Of a DNA stretch of 64,000 nucleotides, positions 25,301 to 36,402 are shown in pieces. The number at the start of each line of letters is the position of its first letter. Position 1 is the first letter of the stretch. The notes under the pieces are model-generated. The model was not told the origin of the DNA and ran no database searches. It saw only the letters and a list, made by a program, of their open reading frames with translations. A program made the position numbers and the translations under genes. Source of the DNA: Owenia fusiformis (taxonomy: Eukaryota); NCBI GenBank assembly GCA_903813345.2, contig CAIIXF020000001.1, forward strand, positions 21,018,001 through 21,082,000, written 5' to 3'.

Positions 25301-26288
25301 CTAAATTCAAAGAATTTATAAAAGATGTACTTTTTTAGAATTATTGACATATTTGTGTTTAGAGGAAAAAATTGATATTTTGATTTACCTATTATTTTGA
25401 CTATTATGTAATGCATTCTAAAAACAGTTACTATTGCCAAGTGCACCTAGTGTCATAATTGACCCTCTTAATATTTACAGATTGTAAACTTTTTGTTGGA
25501 TTGTTTTATCTTCAGGAAGACGCTTTCAATAAACTAGAGTTTACCAAACTCTCCTAATTTCTTAAAAATAGACTAATCCAGTAGACTCATTTGGAGCCGC
25601 CATATTTTTTATGAGAGAAGCTATCCCCTAACTTGTAACTACAGTGGACTGCATATTTGGATGCCTGTTACAGAGTTACAATAAAGTTAGACTTACCACC
25701 CTTTTTCCCAGCAGCTTTACTTGTTTTTCCTTTTGCAGGAGCTGGACTTTTTGCATTAGCTGGTGATTTGGACCTTTTACTAGTGGCACTCCCTGGCTTT
25801 GACTTGGCACTTCCTGGCTTGCTTCCACTGGTGTCCTGTAAGAAAACATTGTTAAGCATTGTTCATTTTAATTTCATGAAATTAACAAAACACAAAGAGT
25901 AACTTACAGATTTGAATCATAACAACTTTTAGAAATTTTAACATTTTGTTGAACCTGATATTATATTTATATGGCAGTGAAACACGTATATAGTGAACAC
26001 CACTGGAGTGTACTCTGGAGGAAGGTGTTCATTACAGAGAGGGGATTTTATACAGAAGTCAATGTAAAATCTCGAAGTGGTGTCGTCTAGAGACAGGTGT
26101 TAGCAAGAGAGAGGTGTTCACTAAGATAGGTTTACTGTATATTCTTGCTCTTGTAATTTTATTTCCAACATCCACTTAAACTCATGTATCTGAAGGCTAT
26201 AAATCTTAAAATGGGGTAGTACCTTTTCTTTTTCTTCTGTTGCATTTTGTTTTTCCTTGTCAGATATTGCCTTATCCGGGTCACCCAT
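16331..26288 (-). CDS. DNAI3: Dynein axonemal intermediate chain 3 (WDR63/IC140), 19 coding exons
   Basis: Exons: 26288-26223, 25835-25697, 25043-24787, 24375-24268, 24082-23927, 23584-23426, 23086-22929, 22693-22503, 22285-22161, 21791-21618, 21256-21134, 19895-19822, 19454-19334, 19016-18932, 18535-18335, 18054-17924, 17610-17406, 17226-17012, 16474-16331 (TAG). Motifs as in recalled WDR63: TSKTQEIFSCVADEHVTEEQPFKLI, ALQQNEIMDVFADDW, LKEYQSFTDL, LEAPDDIYSFKFC..DPNIIAGGCMNGQLVLWD, FYVGTEDGEIVY, RSPFFKD, LAVGDNSGTLHIMEIPW. Confidence 0.93.
16540..16980. repeat. Degenerate A-rich ~22-bp minisatellite (GACAAAACCAAAGACAAGTACA-like) interrupted by a short MITE-like insert (~16805-16950)
   Basis: Recurring gacaaaacc/acaagtac units resume at 16960-16980 after an insert with inverted ends aaacctgt-taagtggaac / gttccattta-gacaggttt. 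Confidence 0.6.
20033..21096 (+). mobile_element. Internally deleted mariner element (~1.06 kb) with ~190-bp TIRs, in a DNAI3 intron
   Basis: TA|CAGGGTGTTCAGTAAGTAAAGCTAATTTTGCTCTCAAAC ... GTTTGAGAGCAAAATTAGCTTTACTTACTGAACGCCCTG|TA. Internal ORFs 20403-20630 and 20582-20809 give the mariner N-terminal HTH (LRSSIRYNVLLGKSKQDTIRDIQKAYG..CLS) joined to the C-terminus (DFGVFSCLKNDLRG...KWIERHQLCVKAKGNYFE); the catalytic core is missing. Confidence 0.92.
25975..26140. mobile_element. Short MITE with CAGT..ACTG ends (pogo/Tigger-like); related degenerate copies near 23203-23345 and 16805-16950
   Basis: CAGTGAAACACGTATATAGTGAACACC ... GGTGTTCACTAAGATAGGTTTTACTG|TA inverted ends with internal GAGAGGTGT repeats. 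Confidence 0.6.
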
Positions 26289-27915
26289 TTTTATTCTTCT
26301 GAAACATAAAAGAACATTTTTTATTTTACATAACTAATTTTAAGTATATGCTTAGAGTGAGCAGATGTGGATGTGTATAAATTGGAAAGTACATGTAAGG
26401 TACATGTACAAGGGCTTATTGTTATATGTTAATTATGATAAAAAACCTGTTTTAGTATATTTGGCAGATGAGATATTCAAGTTTTTCTCATTTTAATTTT
26501 ACTTCACAAATTAGGCATAGGTATCATTCTGATACTCATAGTATTTTTCTGCTTCACCTGAAACACATCTCAGGGCTGAGAAGAAATGAGATGTTATGGT
26601 TTATCATGATGCATAGGCGTAGGTTTGAATTAATTGTGAGGGTAGCAGAATGGAAAATTTCCAGTCTGAACAATTATCATATTTATGGGAGCGGGTCTCA
26701 AGAAATTTTAAATTAATAAGTCTCCAAACAAATATGTTTTATTTGCCTCCCACGTGTACATGAATACTTATGGCCTCCCAATGCATAGGCTGAAAACCTT
26801 TAGCTATTACTCCTAAGCATTGAGTACAAAACAGAAATGCAACCGTTGGCAATTCCAGTGATCATGATGTCTATTCCGGAGATTGTATGCTTATTCTGAA
26901 GAAGTGATGCCACTCCAGATGACATCACACCATAGATTACAAAGAAACACCATGGTGTTTCTTAAAATACCTTAAAAACAATAACCATGGTTTATTTAGC
27001 CTACGTGATCAAACTGACAGATGAACATCGGACATCACCAAAACTACCAAAGCCGGACATTATCTTTTCGCTCTAAAATTTGAAAAATTGTCTCGGAAAA
27101 CTCTATTAATAGCGTCAATAGTAAATATAATGGAACCATTCAAGCTGAAATATGGAGAGGATACAGGTTCAATATTACTTGATGTTTGAAAGATGGTGAA
27201 GGCAAAAGTCAGTATGAGGGTCATGTTTTGGGTAGATCTAGTCATTTTTGGATGTACTATTTTTGGCCTTGTGTCCTGTCTGCTCATTATTTCATTGAGC
27301 CTACCATGGGCATTCAATAGAAGCCCATGAGAGACCCTATCGCACGGCATAAGTCTTGCAATAGATAGCATGCCTACCAAGCCAATGTGAATCCGATCTG
27401 GCTCAGGGCCTGTGTCAAAAGATGAGAATCAATGAAGAGGTAGGCCTAGGACCGGACTGGTAGCTTATCCACACTACCAACTCAGTGACTGATCCCAAAC
27501 ACATGAACAACTGAGTGAAAGTGAAAACTAGAAAACAATCACGATTACCTTTATCAAAATTGAAGACTGTGCATATAGGCTTATAACACTTACATTGTAT
27601 GCTTTAGATGTATTTAGTTTGTTTGGGTATGTTTCTGCTGTGCTATGGGGACGTCAGTAATCGAATAATCAGACAAAATATAAAATTTCATGAAAATGTT
27701 TGGTCCACAGTCTCCATCTTGAAAGTTCCCGGATGTAGGTTGCTATGACATAAATTTTCCGATTTTACAAGCCTGTCTTCGCATTTCTAGAGAAAAAAAT
27801 CCACCAAAATGTAAATAAGAGATATTGACGACTATTTGTAATTAAATATTTAGGTATTGCGTGATTATTTGTTTATATTATAAATATTGATAATTCCACC
27901 GCCATTTTTATCGAA

Positions 27916-27987
27916 GGGGGTATAGCTCAGTGGTAGAGCATTCGACTGCAGATCGAGAGGTCCCTAGTTCAAATCTGGGTGCCCCCT
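27916..27987 (+). tRNA. tRNA-Cys (GCA)
   Basis: 72 nt. Acceptor stem GGGGGTA/TGCCCCC with discriminator T; D-arm GCTC-AGTGGTA-GAGC; anticodon stem TTCGA-CTGCAGA-TCGAG; T-arm CCTAG-TTCAAAT-CTGGG; downstream T-run Pol III terminator. Confidence 0.97.
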
Positions 27988-28183
27988 CATTATTTTTCTT
28001 TTCTGGAAGGAAGTTTTTATTTTTATAATCCTTCTTACAACATTATTATTGGACTACTGACAGTGTTATATCTTGCCAGAATCTATGGTCTAGGGCTCTA
28101 GGCCAGAGGGAAAAGGTTATCCCGTGCCGACTAAAGTCCTGGCACGGGATAAGGAAAAGGTATCAGCATAGTACAGGCCACTA

Positions 28184-28517
28184 CAGGGTGAGCCAAAATA
28201 GGTAACCCAAACAAATTTTAATTATTCAGTCATGCATGTGTTTAGGGTCACATTGGCACAACTAACCCTTGTTCAATGTTCTTTCATTCTACCCAAATAG
28301 CCACAATTTAATGGCAATTTAAAAAGCATGCTCAAAATGCTGGTCTCTTCTCTGGAGACAAACTTGATTTCAATCAGGTGAAGTTGTTCTGACTACAATC
28401 TCACAGTCGCAGTCAATAAAATGAGTAGTAGTAGAATGAAAGAACATAGAACAAGGTTCAATTGTGCTGAATGACCGAGTTAACGTTCATTTGGATTACC
28501 TATTTTGGCTCACCCCA
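28184..28517. mobile_element. Tc1/mariner-type MITE (~330 bp)
   Basis: TA|CAGGGTGAGCCAAAATAGGTAACCCAAA ... TTTGGATTACCTATTTTGGCTCACCCCA|TA inverted ends. Confidence 0.75.
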
Positions 28518-28596
28518 TATATACATAGGATTACCACTTTCAAAGGCCAGCCTTTCAAGTTTGAAAGAGGTTAGGCCTACCACCCACCGATCACCA

Positions 28597-28710
28597 ACCA
28601 CCGTCACAAAAAATGGAGACCATAACAATATGTCACCACTTTTTGGTGGTGATATAAAAAAATGGACACCATAACAATATGTCACCACTTTTTGGTGGTG
28701 ACATAATAAC
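28597..28710. repeat. Dispersed hairpin-containing repeat end (ATGTCACCAC-TTTTTG-GTGGTGACAT), tandemly duplicated; related copies near 36695-36752 and 41065-41122
   Basis: The shared string CAAAAAA(G)TTGGAGACTATAA..ATGTCACCACTT..GGTGAC is seen at three loci and resembles HINE-type termini. Confidence 0.65.
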
Positions 28711-30438
28711 TATAGTTCTGATGGGACTTTAAAAGAGCAGGTCTGGTGATACCGAACAATGTGACATAAAAATAGAAAAATATTCTTTAATTCTTTTAAT
28801 TTATTGGTCACTATGTAATTCCACGGACTTTCAAACCTATTTGGTCTAAAGTATTGGACTATTCATTTTCATACTTGAAGAAACAGCAATTTTGTCTTTT
28901 TGTCAGTTAATATTCCTTCTTCTGCCTATGAAGTATTTTCTTCATTGCATATTCAATGAAAATAGTGAAAATGGATGATAATGTGGCATTTTTAAGATTT
29001 GTGTCCAAAAGTAACAGTTACAGTACCACAGGCAGACATACATGGACTGATGGCAGAGGAAGAAAGTATTTCCATTGAATCTGGTGGAGACATTTGTGAT
29101 TTCACATAATATATGTACATAACTATAGGCTAGTATGTAATTATAAAATAATATTTATATTTCTTGGTCAGTGGTCATTACATGGTGTACATAAATGATG
29201 TAACTATGTATATACGATATAACTTTGTGTAACTATGCAGTATGCAACTGTTGATCATTATGATTGGTTCTGAGAGAAATGACTTTACTATTTCTAAAAC
29301 GTACTTCTGCTTTGCAAATCTGCATGAAAACTATGAACTTCAGCTGCTCTCTTCCTGACAATTTGCCAATTTGATTGTTGTTGCTTATCTTGCAATATGT
29401 ACTGTTTTTCTTAAATGTGTACCTAATTCACACCAAGCTGCTTATCTTATCACACAACAATTAAATACAATAAACAACAATGAACATATACTGCAATACT
29501 CCTATGGTATTATATGACTATTTTTGTATTCCTTATTAATTTGACAATGTTTTTTGACAATTTTCTCAATATTGGCACCCATTTAATTTAACGGATTTAA
29601 ATGGCATGGCACTTTCAGTAAGGAATTATTTAGGTATAACTAGGCCTACAGTAAATGCAAATAAATTGAGTCAACACACATCAAGAATCCCAATGCAAAA
29701 GAATTACAATTACAAATGAAACTAACTCCATAATTGAAGTTACAACATATGACATCATCAATCATTCTCGCCAATATATCATAGCTTTATTTATGTACCG
29801 AAAGATTGCAGGATTTATCAGAAAGGTCCATTATAACATGGAAACAACTGCTAAATTAGCGAAAACAAGCAATTTGGGTAAAAATACGAGGAGAAAATTG
29901 GGACACAAATGCAGCCATATAGCATAGGCATGTTTAAGACAATACTTACTCAGACAGATGCCAAATAGATTAACATAATACTCAAAACTGTAAAACAGAA
30001 GTTGTGTACAAAGTGTATTTGTACCATTTATCGGCAGGAATCATTCAGACAAGTTGATACACCCATGTTGTTTAATAAAAAACATAAATCCGAAATTCAT
30101 TTTCTAATAACTTCATGGGTTTGGCAATGATGAAGGTTTAATGAATATAGTAGGTACTTATTTGTAAATGTGATTAATTTGACACCAGCATTCAAATAAA
30201 GTGTGGTAATTTTTTTTTCAAATGAAGGATGAGACCAGGGTAAGGAATATTATAAAAGTTTGTCTAGGTTCAAGAATCATATCCTATCATGGGTTAAATG
30301 CATACCACAATACTTTAGCCTAAAATACCTAGTAGGAGAAATATAAATCAATGAATTTTACTGGTGTCAAATTAAAAACAAATTACGAAATATGAAACTG
30401 AGATAGAATTCCAAAATGAAATCTTTATAAAAGATTTA

Positions 30439-33400
30439 CTATTGATCCGTTTCCATCATGTTGTTACTGTCTGTCGACTGAGCTTCCATTTTCAATGCAT
30501 GCATGGGGTCTGATGCTAATCTATTGTCTGAGCAAAGAGGACCTCCAAATGTATTTATTCCATTCGTACTTGGAGGTAGTAAATTAGATTCATTTTCAGG
30601 CATCCTGATTGGTGGATTGTTTTCAGCATTTTCTTGCTGACTGGTGCCACTATCGTCCCAGTCTATTTTGAACCTGGTCACTCTTGGGTCAGTAGCTAAT
30701 ATATTGCGCTGTAACTGGAATAAAAAATTATGTTTTTGATTTCTAATGCATAAGTTTCTTCGTCTATGGCTATTTTTATCTAACCCTGGCAGAAGATTTC
30801 TGCAAAACTGAGAAAACTGTAGAATTAAAGATTTGTTTATTCATTATCAATTTTTTGAAGCAAACCTACAATTTATTGTTACACTGATCTATGGTTTTGA
30901 AACATGGGCTCAAATGAGCAGTTGTGTAAGACTTAATTCAATAAATGTTTAAGATATTTTTCAAGATGTGAACAACTAAAAAGGCATTAGGCTAGCAATT
31001 CCAAGCTATGTCACAAAATGTCAGTTACAAATAAAAATGGTGGATAGCCTTTATAATATGTCACCACAACTAAAATGACCTGTTCTAAAATATTTTGTTA
31101 GTCTTCAATTGATTACAAGCATAGCACATACAAGATAAGAGGTAATGTGACACAGATTTATCTATTCTCAACATTTTTAATACTATTTTAACAATTCAAC
31201 ACTTGTTCAAGGCTATACTGTCAAAGAGGACCTCATACTTACTTTATCAATTTCTGGGGTAACTGGGGGATTCTCTTTCATTTCTGGGTCACTGTATTCA
31301 TTGTTGACATAATAGCCTACGCGTATAAACTCCTTCCCTCTATAAGAGCATGTTAGTAGAATCACAGTTACACCCACGATATCTTGGGTTGGGATCTGTG
31401 TTGTATCAGGGGGGTCAGCCTGAAAGATAAATGGTTATGTACCTGTACATCATTCTCTTTTATGTAAGCCCATGATGATGCCATTGGTAAAGCCGGATTC
31501 CTGTTGTTTTCCAGCTTCATAATAAATGCAATTGGCATTAATTTGGTACAAATTGAATGAAGAGACATCAGAATCATCATCAATCTGTTAAGAGGGAATA
31601 TGGGATGCTGTATGAGCCTTGAATATAAACAGATCTCTAAAGCAAATTCAACATTCAAAAACTGGTGCTTAAGATCAAGTATCATGTGGAGACATTTTTA
31701 TGTCAGTCACCTGAAAGGTCAGAAGCTCATATAAAAATCAAACTAAGGCTTTTTGATAACATATACACACATTTCTAAGTTCTTAAAATGTCAAGGTCAC
31801 ATTAAAAGCTTAAGGTCATGAAAAAGGTCAATGTCATCTCAAAAGTTCAAAGAACAATTTCTGGATATTTAACATTACTACAGTATTCCTAGAAGGTCAT
31901 GGCCACTGTGTATACTGGAATATACATTAATAAATTGATAATGTTAAGTTATTAACGATCAAAGGTCATATTAAGAGGTCAAGGTCATTGAAAAGGTTAA
32001 TATACTATTTCTTTATATTTGTGACAAATCAATAATTTTCAAGTTTTTTTTAAATCAAAAGGAAATCTCCGACTCACCTCAAAGACAAACTTGTGTTTAC
32101 CACCTGGAACTGGACCAACTAATACAGAATCTAAAGTTTGATCATACTTTTCACTCTCTGCAGATCCAACATATATCAACTTCCATTCCAAATCTGAAAA
32201 GTAAATGTTACAAATAAAATCAAGCATTTTGGCAATGCTAATCTGAATAAGTATATTATAATATTGAGGGAATTCTTTCTCGAGCTTATGTCTATAAGAT
32301 ACCAGCATATCAAATTTAAATCTTCCTGTCTAACTGTATTTGAGTTATGCCGAGACAAATGACCAAATTCAGTGTACTCATTTTGAAATATTTATTCTGC
32401 ATTTCCTGGCTTCAGGCTTTATGGTATTATTTATGTAATTCCAAATGACAATACTGTATTCCTGGTATTTTTAGCGTGCGATTTAGTTTCGCGCTTATCG
32501 CGATGTGTTTAAATTGCGAAAATTAATCTTCACGAAATTATCAATTAAGGTAACTTATAACTTAATAAAAAAATCCAAGATGGCCGTAACCAGGAAGCAC
32601 ATGGCATTTGAGTATAATCTGACCATCAAAATTAACTGTCTTTTGGTTGGATTTTCTCTCAATTTTTTAGTTCCACTTATCATTTATATAACCAGGCTCA
32701 CTGTGGTAATGCAAATAGAAACAGTAAACATTTTGGAATGGGAATTTGAGTCCTCTGAAAATGTGACAGAAAAATTCACAAAAAGAGTAGCACGGCAAAG
32801 GTCCCTGAACATTTTTTTTCTAATTTCTCTGAAACACCCCTTTAATATAGCCCAAAATGGAAGGAGCTTTAGAATTTTGAAATCTCTCATACAAATTTAA
32901 AAAAATAGAAAAAATCAATTTGAGAAGTGTACTTTTTTCCTTATTTTGATCCCAATTTTTTTATCTGGTAATTTTTCAAATTTCCGTTGCTCCTTCGTTT
33001 TTGATATATGTTTGAAGTATATTTTCTGAAATGTTCAGATATTTTGAATCAGCGGTTTTTCACGGGCTACTCCTAGAAAAAAATCTTCTCAAATCCTTTA
33101 AACGGCACTTTTTCTCAAACTAAAGTTTTTTGTTGTTCTTTGATGTCTTTGTAATGATTACAGTGCACAAACATATGTGAAATAATAAAAACGACTTCTC
33201 AGGAAGAGTTTGAAAATTTCAATATTGTGAAATTTTCAATTTTTTCTGAAAATCAATTAAGTTAACAGTCACCTTAAATCAACGGGTATTTGTGAAATTT
33301 TTCATAACCTGAGACTCCATTGCATTTTGTGTTTTGTAAAATCTTTTTTAGGTGATAAACAGGATACTTAGTAACAATGTCTGTTACAGTGGCTAATTAG

Positions 33401-33970
33401 ATCAAATAAACCAAAAAAATATGATGCAATAGAGGGTATTAAAGGTGCAGCGTGTCGTTGAACAAGATGACATAGTAGGAGGTGTACTTAGTGAAATTCG
33501 GGGAATTTAATAGCCGCGAAATCGTGTTTTCTCAAAATTCGTAAAATTAAAAATCGCGAAATTAACCAGGAGTACAAGTCTTTATTAGGCACATAAGTGC
33601 ACTCTTTGTGCAAAACTGGAAGATATAAACAATGTGGGGAAGGAGTGATTCTTGTTTGAAAAATAACATGTGACTCAATTGAAGGATATAGAAAATTTCC
33701 CATCATGCACCCTTACCTTAATAGTGGGACTTCCTGCAAATGGTAACAAAATCTGTTACAAATATGTATTTTTTTTTCTATGTCCAAAGTGAATTCTAAT
33801 GTGAAACATGCCTATAATAAAGAGACAATAACTTGTTATGTTGAATGTATGTTATCCTTACCCTCTGGAAGATCTTCTAAACATTCAAACGTGATTTCGA
33901 ACTCGAATGTGTTGGAATAATTTGTGGGGTTGCTCAGCACTGTTACATTGACAATGTTGACTTTTGCCAT
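30439..33970 (-). CDS. ASF1: Histone H3/H4 chaperone ASF1 (~225 aa)
   Basis: Exons 33970-33862 ([15 protein letters not shown]...[13 protein letters not shown]), 32193-32078 ([38 protein letters not shown]), 31419-31243 (ADPPD...[28 protein letters not shown]) and 30714-30439 ([19 protein letters not shown]); 678 nt in frame. Confidence 0.97.
32453..33578. mobile_element. TCGCGA-rich MITE, host of a nested TTAA element, in ASF1 intron 1
   Basis: Left end TACTGTATTCCTGGT...TTTCGCG and right end CGCGAAATTAACCAGGAGTACA are imperfect inverted repeats. Confidence 0.6.
32549..33273. mobile_element. Non-autonomous TTAA-targeting DNA transposon (Kolobok-like), 725 bp
   Basis: TTAA|GGTAACTTATAACTTAAT ... 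ATTAAGTTAACAGTCACC|TTAA: 18-bp imperfect TIR, TTAA duplication, GG..CC termini. Confidence 0.75.
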
Positions 33971-34112
33971 GATTTACCGCCTCCTACTTGTAACTTTAGT
34001 ATAGCTTAGTATTAGTTCTCGTGCAATAATGTTATAATATGTCTATTTATGGTTCAATAAGCTAAATATTATAAGCTTTCTTTGTGTTTTTTCTATAAAT
34101 TTTTTACGTCTA

Positions 34113-34196
34113 ATATGGCGCGAAATGTCCTTCTTTGTTACAATGAATTCTACTGGTCAGAATTTCTCGTAGTTATTTCATGCGTTATGATTGGTC
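34113..34196 (-). promoter_or_regulatory. ASF1 promoter with canonical E2F site and CCAAT box
   Basis: GGCGCGAAA at 34117-34125 reads TTTCGCGCC on the gene strand, ~150 bp upstream of the ATG; ATTGG at 34190-34194. Confidence 0.6.
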
Positions 34197-34384
34197 AATA
34201 TTTTCATCATAATACCGAACGTTGAGCTCTTTTTCAACGAAAAAGGACAACACAGATTAATAAGTTCATTGATTTAGTGGTGCAGAGGCTGAATAATTTA
34301 TACCTCCTGTCCCCTAAAATATACATTGGGTTTGACTTTCAATAAGATGTGATAAATGTTATGAGGGTGACCATACATTTTTTT

Positions 34385-35238
34385 CCCGGTATACACCAAT
34401 GGGGTAAGTTGGAACCTCCATAGACTTAACATTGCGTGGGACCTCGTGGGACCTTTTGGGATTTTGCCCCATGAAGTCTGTGGGACTCCATGGGACTCCG
34501 TTGGATTTTTCTCCATCTTACCCCATCGAGTCCCACGAGGTCCCATGAAGTCCCACGTGGGACTCAGTGGGACTCGATGGGGCAAAATCCCATGGAGTCC
34601 CATCTTGCTCCATCGAGAATGAACATGTTCATTCTTTCCATGGGGCAACGTGGGAATTCGATCATACGACGTATCACGTGACTTGCTTCATGGGACTCCG
34701 TGGGATCTGATGGGACTTCAAAGGGCTCAATGGGGCAATTTGGGATTCGATGGGGCACGATGGGACTCAATGGGGCAAAGTCATCAAGGTCCCATGGGAC
34801 TTTGTGGGATTAAGCCCGGTATACACCAATGGGGCAAGTTGGGACCTCCATAGACTTAACATTGCGTGAGACCTCGTGGGACCTTTTGGGATTTTGCCCC
34901 ATGAAGTCCGTGGGACTCCATGGGACTTCGTGGGATTTTGCCCCATCTTGCCCCATGAAGTCCCACGTGGGACTCGATGGGGCAAAATCCCACGGAGTCC
35001 CATCGAGAATGAATATGTTCATTCTTTCCATGGGGCATCGTGGGATTTTGGATCATATGACGTGTTGTGTGAAGCCTGACATACACCAATGGGGCACGGT
35101 GGGATTTGATGGGACTCCATGGGGCTTGATTGGGCACGATGGGGCAAAGTCATCAAGGTCCCATGGGACTTCGTGGGATTCGATGGGGCAAATTGGGATT
35201 CGATGGGGAAAGATGGGACTCGATGGGGCAAGTGGGAG
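34385..35238. repeat. Complex GC-richer repeat of short TGGGAC/GTCCCA and GGGGCA/TGCCCC words, with a 430-bp duplication
   Basis: CCCGGTATACACCAATGGGG..GTTGG.ACCTCCATAGACTTAACATTGCGTG at 34385 and 34815; third partial ATACACCAATGGGG at 35081. Confidence 0.85.
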
Positions 35239-36402
35239 TATTCATATGATCACGTTTTTATTTCTTAGTTATTTCTTTGAACTATACATAAATAATGAGT
35301 TTTTTCTTGGTTTGTGTATAATAGGAAGCATGTTCCTCAAATCCAATGCTCGTATGTGGATTCTGAGAAGTTGCATACCCTTCTCTTCAAAACCAATGAT
35401 TCTAGTAATTCTGATGTTCAGTTTTCAAATACACACTATTTTATCTCTTTGTATACATATCTTTGAATGTGATTTTCAGTTTGTGAGACTGTAGTAAACT
35501 TATCAACATGATAAATATTAATACAGGTAGTCATTTTACAAATGTCATAAAGTATGGGAATAATCTGAGAGTATTTATGAAATTATGAATCATGGGAGAT
35601 TATAAATAATTTTTACAATTAAGGTCAATTATAAATTTACGCCCATTATTCCAAAATTGGTTGAAAAATACTGCCCTATCTTTTGTTTATACCTCAATTA
35701 TTTGAATCAGCTTGACATCAAATTATGAAATCATCTGTAATACCATATGTAGCATCATAAGTGATATAATATGTGGGTAAAGGTTTGCCTTATTTGTTAT
35801 TCAAGGTGTACGTGACCAAAATCCCACTTTGCTTCAAATGTATAGAAAACATGAAGTAGGAATTGTTTAACCGGCCTGGTGTAGAGTGATGGCCTGGTGT
35901 AGAGTGATGATGCCAAGATTATGAGCCCCTTACTCAAATATAGAACAGTGAATTCTCCCCTTTAATTCATCAACTTTGTTGAGAGAGCATGCCTGAATGG
36001 ATAGGATAGGCTAGTACTTACTTTAAGTCAAACCATCATGGATGTTATATGAGTACATCACTCTTTCATTTCCACACTAAACACTTCATGACTGAGAAAG
36101 TAATTCCAAAATAGAGGGTTGTTTTTGTGTCACCTTGTGTGTACACATTATATTTCAGTTTTGGAAAGTCAAAATCATTCTGTCAATTCAAGGTTTGGGG
36201 CCTTATAAGGATTCTGGCAGAAATATTCCATGTTATCCAACCTGAGAAAACTCGAGACTTCAGTGAAAAATTTAAAAGTGAAACTAAAAAGTTTTCATGA
36301 TTTTTAACATATTTTAATTATTTTATCATCAAAGTAAATTACAAATACATTTCAAAAGGTTGAGACAGTTTTAAATGTTTAATCAACATTCCACTGCTAC
36401 CG

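Noticed and set aside
34298-35494. Many overlapping ORFs, including a 221-aa one
   Set aside because: They are by-products of the stop-poor TGGGAC repeat, with no domain or splice support.
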